From NCBI GenBank assembly GCA_030141605.1, contig JAQGDQ010000658.1, positions 1 to 64,000 of the forward strand: a DNA stretch of 64,000 nt. Reading direction: 5' to 3'. Every line of letters starts with the position of its first letter. The first letter of the stretch is position 1. The position numbers and the translations under genes were made by a program. This document shows, piece after piece, positions 1 to 64,000 of the stretch. A model generated the notes under the pieces. It did not search any database, was not told the DNA's origin, and saw nothing but the letters and a program-made list of their open reading frames with translations. Origin of the DNA: Tubiluchus corallicola. Lineage: Eukaryota; Animalia; Priapulida.

Positions 1-709
1 GGTTTATTTTACTGTTATACTTAAACTGCTTGTGGTGTGCTAAAGGAAAGAACAAGTCGCTCAGTATGTTGGGTTTATGTTACTGTTATCACTGTTTGTG
101 GTGTGCTAAAGGAAAGAACAAGTCGCTCAGTATGTTGGGTTTATTTTACTGTTATCACTTAAACTTAGAAGAATATAACAGAGAAATTTGCAAAAATTAT
201 CTATAAAGTAGAAAGTTAATTTATACTCGCTTGAAAATAAGATAGAGCTCTCCTGATATTTGCCATGGTCATAACCGTAAAAAAAAGTTAAAATGCCCAA
301 AAAACTTAAAAAATTTCTTTATTTTTCTATTAATTCTATTAATTTTCTATTAGTTTATACTGCCGCAGTATAGGAATTTTCCGGCGCGGTCGTTGCCACC
401 ATTCACCTGAAGTTGTGACGAAACTAACAGACTTCAAAATTTTTCGTAAATGCAGTGCGGCTTTCCGTAAGCGCGTGCTGTTTAAACTAATTCAAACTTC
501 TGCAGCTCACCTAATGTTCATGCAAAAATATCGCAAAATCTAGTTATCTAATTTTTTATAAAAACTTAATTACTCTAATTAGAAAGACTGGCAGACTTTG
601 CACCTATGTAGGGGCAGAACTTTATTAATAGTTCTGTACCCTGTCTTATTGCAGTGTAAATAACGATTTTTTTCACATGTAAATAATGACACAACTCTAC
701 TATTTCTAG

Positions 710-60863
<60,154 letters not shown>

Positions 60864-62461
60864 GTAGGACATTTTTAGTAGATACTTGCAGCACTACAAC
60901 ACTAGCATGTGTACAGCAGTCGCTGCTTAAAACACTAGCATGCATAAACACAGTTAAATACAAAGCTAGAATAACCGAACTTCTGACTGAACTGTAGAAA
61001 TTTCTCAACGCGTACCTTCATCACTGCTTGCCTTCACAGCATCCACGCTGCCCAGCAGACACCAGCTTACGTCATTTTTTTCAAATATGCGGGCATCAAC
61101 GTTCATTTGGCGGGAGATAAAAAATATTTAAATTTCTTTTACATTTTAAGCAAAGCATTCTATGCGCATATGTTGTGTGGTGATGTCAATATTTTTCATT
61201 GTGTATATTGTATATTAAAGTGCAATAAATGTTGTTCGACGGTTGGTTCTTCCTTTAAAGGAAAATACGATGATTTTTCATGTACCACCTCATTTTCAAG
61301 CACGGTAAAAAGTGTATACATTTTGACACAATCAATGCTGCCATTTGATTTACAACATTTATATAGCTATTTTATATGCTATCAAGCCCAATTTGCATTG
61401 AAGTGCGTATAAAACTAATGCATGTGATATTTTAAATGGATAGATATTGGACTAAATTCGACTCAGGGGATCGAACTCCAAGATAGCATTGCAGTCTTGA
61501 TACTGCGCATCATGAAGATCCATTTTACTATAGTTGTCTAACTGATTACTTAACTACAAATGTTATGTTAATTAACTAAGTTAATGTCTGTAAACTAGTA
61601 CCTTATACCTGTTATAGCATGTCATTTAACTCTCATAAATTAAAATACGAAAAAACTACACTGTACGGAGTTTATTAACAGCACTAATAGGGAACCAAAA
61701 TACACGTGCACAAAAAGTAACTAACTAACTCAGTAACAGCACTACACCCGAGGAGCACCTGTGTCAGAAATCAAAGCTGTAGCACCTGACCCGACACAGG
61801 TACCTCCGTAACAATATTTTATTTCTGAATATCAATTTTTTACACGAAAATTACAAAATCGCAGACGAAAAGAATACACAACAGCGTGGAAAACTAATAG
61901 GTGAACAAATAAAAAGTAAATATGCTAGTAATGTTAATTATGACGACAATGTTGGCGATATTAGCAATGACAGCTACATGATGGTTATAATGGTGACGAT
62001 AATGACGAATCGGTAATAATAATGATAATTGAGAGTAACAATAATGATGATATTAAGGCACCAAGATCGATCGATGACCTAAACCAATTGAACAAATTCG
62101 TACTATCGCGAGAAATTCGTTAAAATAACGAACAATTCAGGGAGATTCATTTTAGTCACAAAATCGATCAGTTAGACTGATAAAAGTCAGTGAATAGTCT
62201 TTAGCTTACTTTCTGATCTAGCATTTTGAATTTCCATAGGCTTAGGTCACTCCATAGTAATTTCTGCACCTAACTTATTCCACTGTAACAGTTTTAACAA
62301 CAAATAACAACAAAAAAGCGGCATTAAAATCAACATTTAAATTATTATTCAATATTACAGTTGCTTCACTGCTTTATCAATACATATAAGATGTATACGA
62401 GCAAGATACAAAACTGTATTTTTAAAAGTGCTCTCCAATAATTAGCTATTTATCATGTTTC

Positions 62462-63046
62462 CTACTGCATATTTGGCACTGTCGTACCATACGCATAAAG
62501 AGGCTGAACCACTTGCCCTCCTGTAAGCTGCTGTCCTTGGAACTGTGTTTGCTGCTGAACTTGCACTCCTGGTGTAACCAAAACTCCACTTTGTTGACCA
62601 GGTGCATAGTATACAACTCCTGGATTACTTACTGCTCCGCAACAAACTGCCTTGCAGCAAAGGGACGCAGACCAAATAGAAGCAAGCATTTCTGTAACTG
62701 CTAATGCTATTTGGATCCAGAAAGCAGCCAGAAGAAATTTGTAGGCATTGTAACACTTGTAGTGGTAAATACAATTATCTCGCATATTAACTAAGTATAC
62801 ACTAGCTAAACTTAAAAGAGTGCCTGCAAATACTGCAGCAAGAATACTTAACACCATTAAAGAAACAATTAAGCATTTCCGTTTTTGGCTAGCTGCACGA
62901 AGACCTAAACCACCGGCAATAATAAAGAAAATTCCGCACCAAATGCCAGCACCAATAGAGGAGTCGAAATAACTGATACGAGGATATAGCCCAATGTAGA
63001 TTATTATTGGTATTTCCAGGATAAATGCAACACAGCCACACAGAAC
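62462..63046 (-). CDS. MS4A/CD20-like tetraspan membrane protein, main coding exon (5' exon not located; alternatively starts at ATG 63058)
   Basis: Four hydrophobic segments, GAGIWCGIFFIIAGGLG motif, Cys pair in loop 2, E in TM4, CCKAVCC cluster and Q/P/G-rich tail; likely acceptor ttttgcag|GTT at 63046. Confidence 0.85.
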   Translation of the reverse strand, partial: VLCGCVAFILEIPIIIYIGLYPRISYFDSSIGAGIWCGIFFIIAGGLGLRAASQKRKCLIVSLMVLSILAAVFAGTLLSLASVYLVNMRDNCIYHYKCYNAYKFLLAAFWIQIALAVTEMLASIWSASLCCKAVCCGAVSNPGVVYYAPGQQSGVLVTPGVQVQQQTQFQGQQLTGGQVVQPLYAYGTTVPNMQ

Positions 63047-63727
63047 CTGCAAAAACATAAACTTGTAACTTCGTTTTGTTAACCGCCTTTGATACACAGA
63101 AACTTCTTTGTGCAAGTGCCAACCATTGCCTTGTACTTCAGCGTCAGTGCATTAAACCCATCTACGAAACATTTTACATTTCGTACTTGTAAACTTCAAC
63201 TGCATTTATCAGATGTTAATTAAATTTCCAATTGATTATTATTTGTTAAGTACAATTTTGGTAAATAGCCTATTATAGCTAATAAAATCTTTTATTTAGT
63301 TTGTAGGTTAAAATGAGTGTGAAAACGGCCTGCTTTTAAGTTATATTAACTTCAAGTCAGCTAGTATATGCTCAAGCATAGAAAAGCAGATCTGATGCAT
63401 CTACAAGAAGGAGCATTGCAAGATATCAATTTTGCGTTCCAGATTACTTGACTCCTGAACCTAGACTTTATTTTTACAACTCAGCTAATTGATCTTGTTT
63501 GGAAAACTGCAGTCATTTCTTGGCAAGCACTTCAGCTTTTTCCTTAACGGACCTCATTTGATGTCAATTCTGCAGCCTCTACGCATCAAAGATCATTACG
63601 TCTACTTCTGTAAATAATGCCCTTACGAGCTATCATCATTGGTTCCCAAAATGCCATTAATTTATTCATAAAGACCCACTCATTTTATCTGACCTTTCGT
63701 CAAGATTACAAATTTGTGAAATACACA

Positions 63728-63800
63728 TTAGCCTAGCGGGTGGCACTTGTCTGCCGATCCGGAGGTTATGGGTTCAAATGCCGCTCATGTCGAGATATCT
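63728..63800 (+). mobile_element. tRNA-derived SINE head
   Basis: A-box TAGCCTAGCGG and B-box GGTTCAAATGC; no acceptor stem. Confidence 0.5.
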
Positions 63801-64000
63801 CGAATCGTTCGTCAAACGAATGAAAAGCGGCCAAGCAGTGGGCAAACCGACTGTAGTTCTTGGATGCCAAGGCTACGAAAATTGATGTCAAAACCACCCA
63901 TCCCAACGCTAAACCGGCGGCGGGAGAGAAAAAATATTTAAATTTCTTTTACATTTTAACCAAAGCATTCTATACACATATCTTGTGTGGTGATTTCAAT

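Noticed and set aside
1-160. Short tandem duplication at the window start (similar two-copy duplications at 55039-55180 and 56795-56880)
   Set aside because: Small local duplications with no sign of function.
63047-63115. N-terminal extension of the MS4A-like ORF as given in the ORF track
   Set aside because: Starts at a non-ATG codon and ends in a good acceptor (ttttgcag), so it is probably intronic; a candidate upstream exon near 63627-63669 had the wrong phase.

Overview
AT-rich, repeat-dense eukaryotic (metazoan, probably invertebrate) genomic DNA; nothing here looks prokaryotic. Almost the whole window is the middle of one large + strand polycystin-1-like (PKD1L/REJ family) gene. I traced 26 GT-AG exons by hand from 710 to 60863 (4375 nt, about 1458 codons); every junction is phase-consistent and the frame has no stop. 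The order is REJ module, GAIN domain, GPS (CLYW...WTSAGC...HCLCYHL/SAF), TM1, cytoplasmic PLAT/LH2, TM2, TM3. The main oddity is a ~390-aa insertion just before the GPS, made of a 32-cysteine region with mirror-symmetric spacing and a second, predicted extracellular, PLAT domain on a symmetric phase 1-1 three-exon cassette. An MS4A/CD20-like tetraspan gene lies antisense at 62462-63046 and is probably nested in an intron. The introns carry many different tandem arrays (one built from a tRNA-like unit, one amplifying a splice donor), MITEs (piggyBac-, Kolobok-, hAT-, Tc2/pogo-like), SINE-like elements and LINE 3' remnants. All family assignments come from motif recognition by eye, not database searches.
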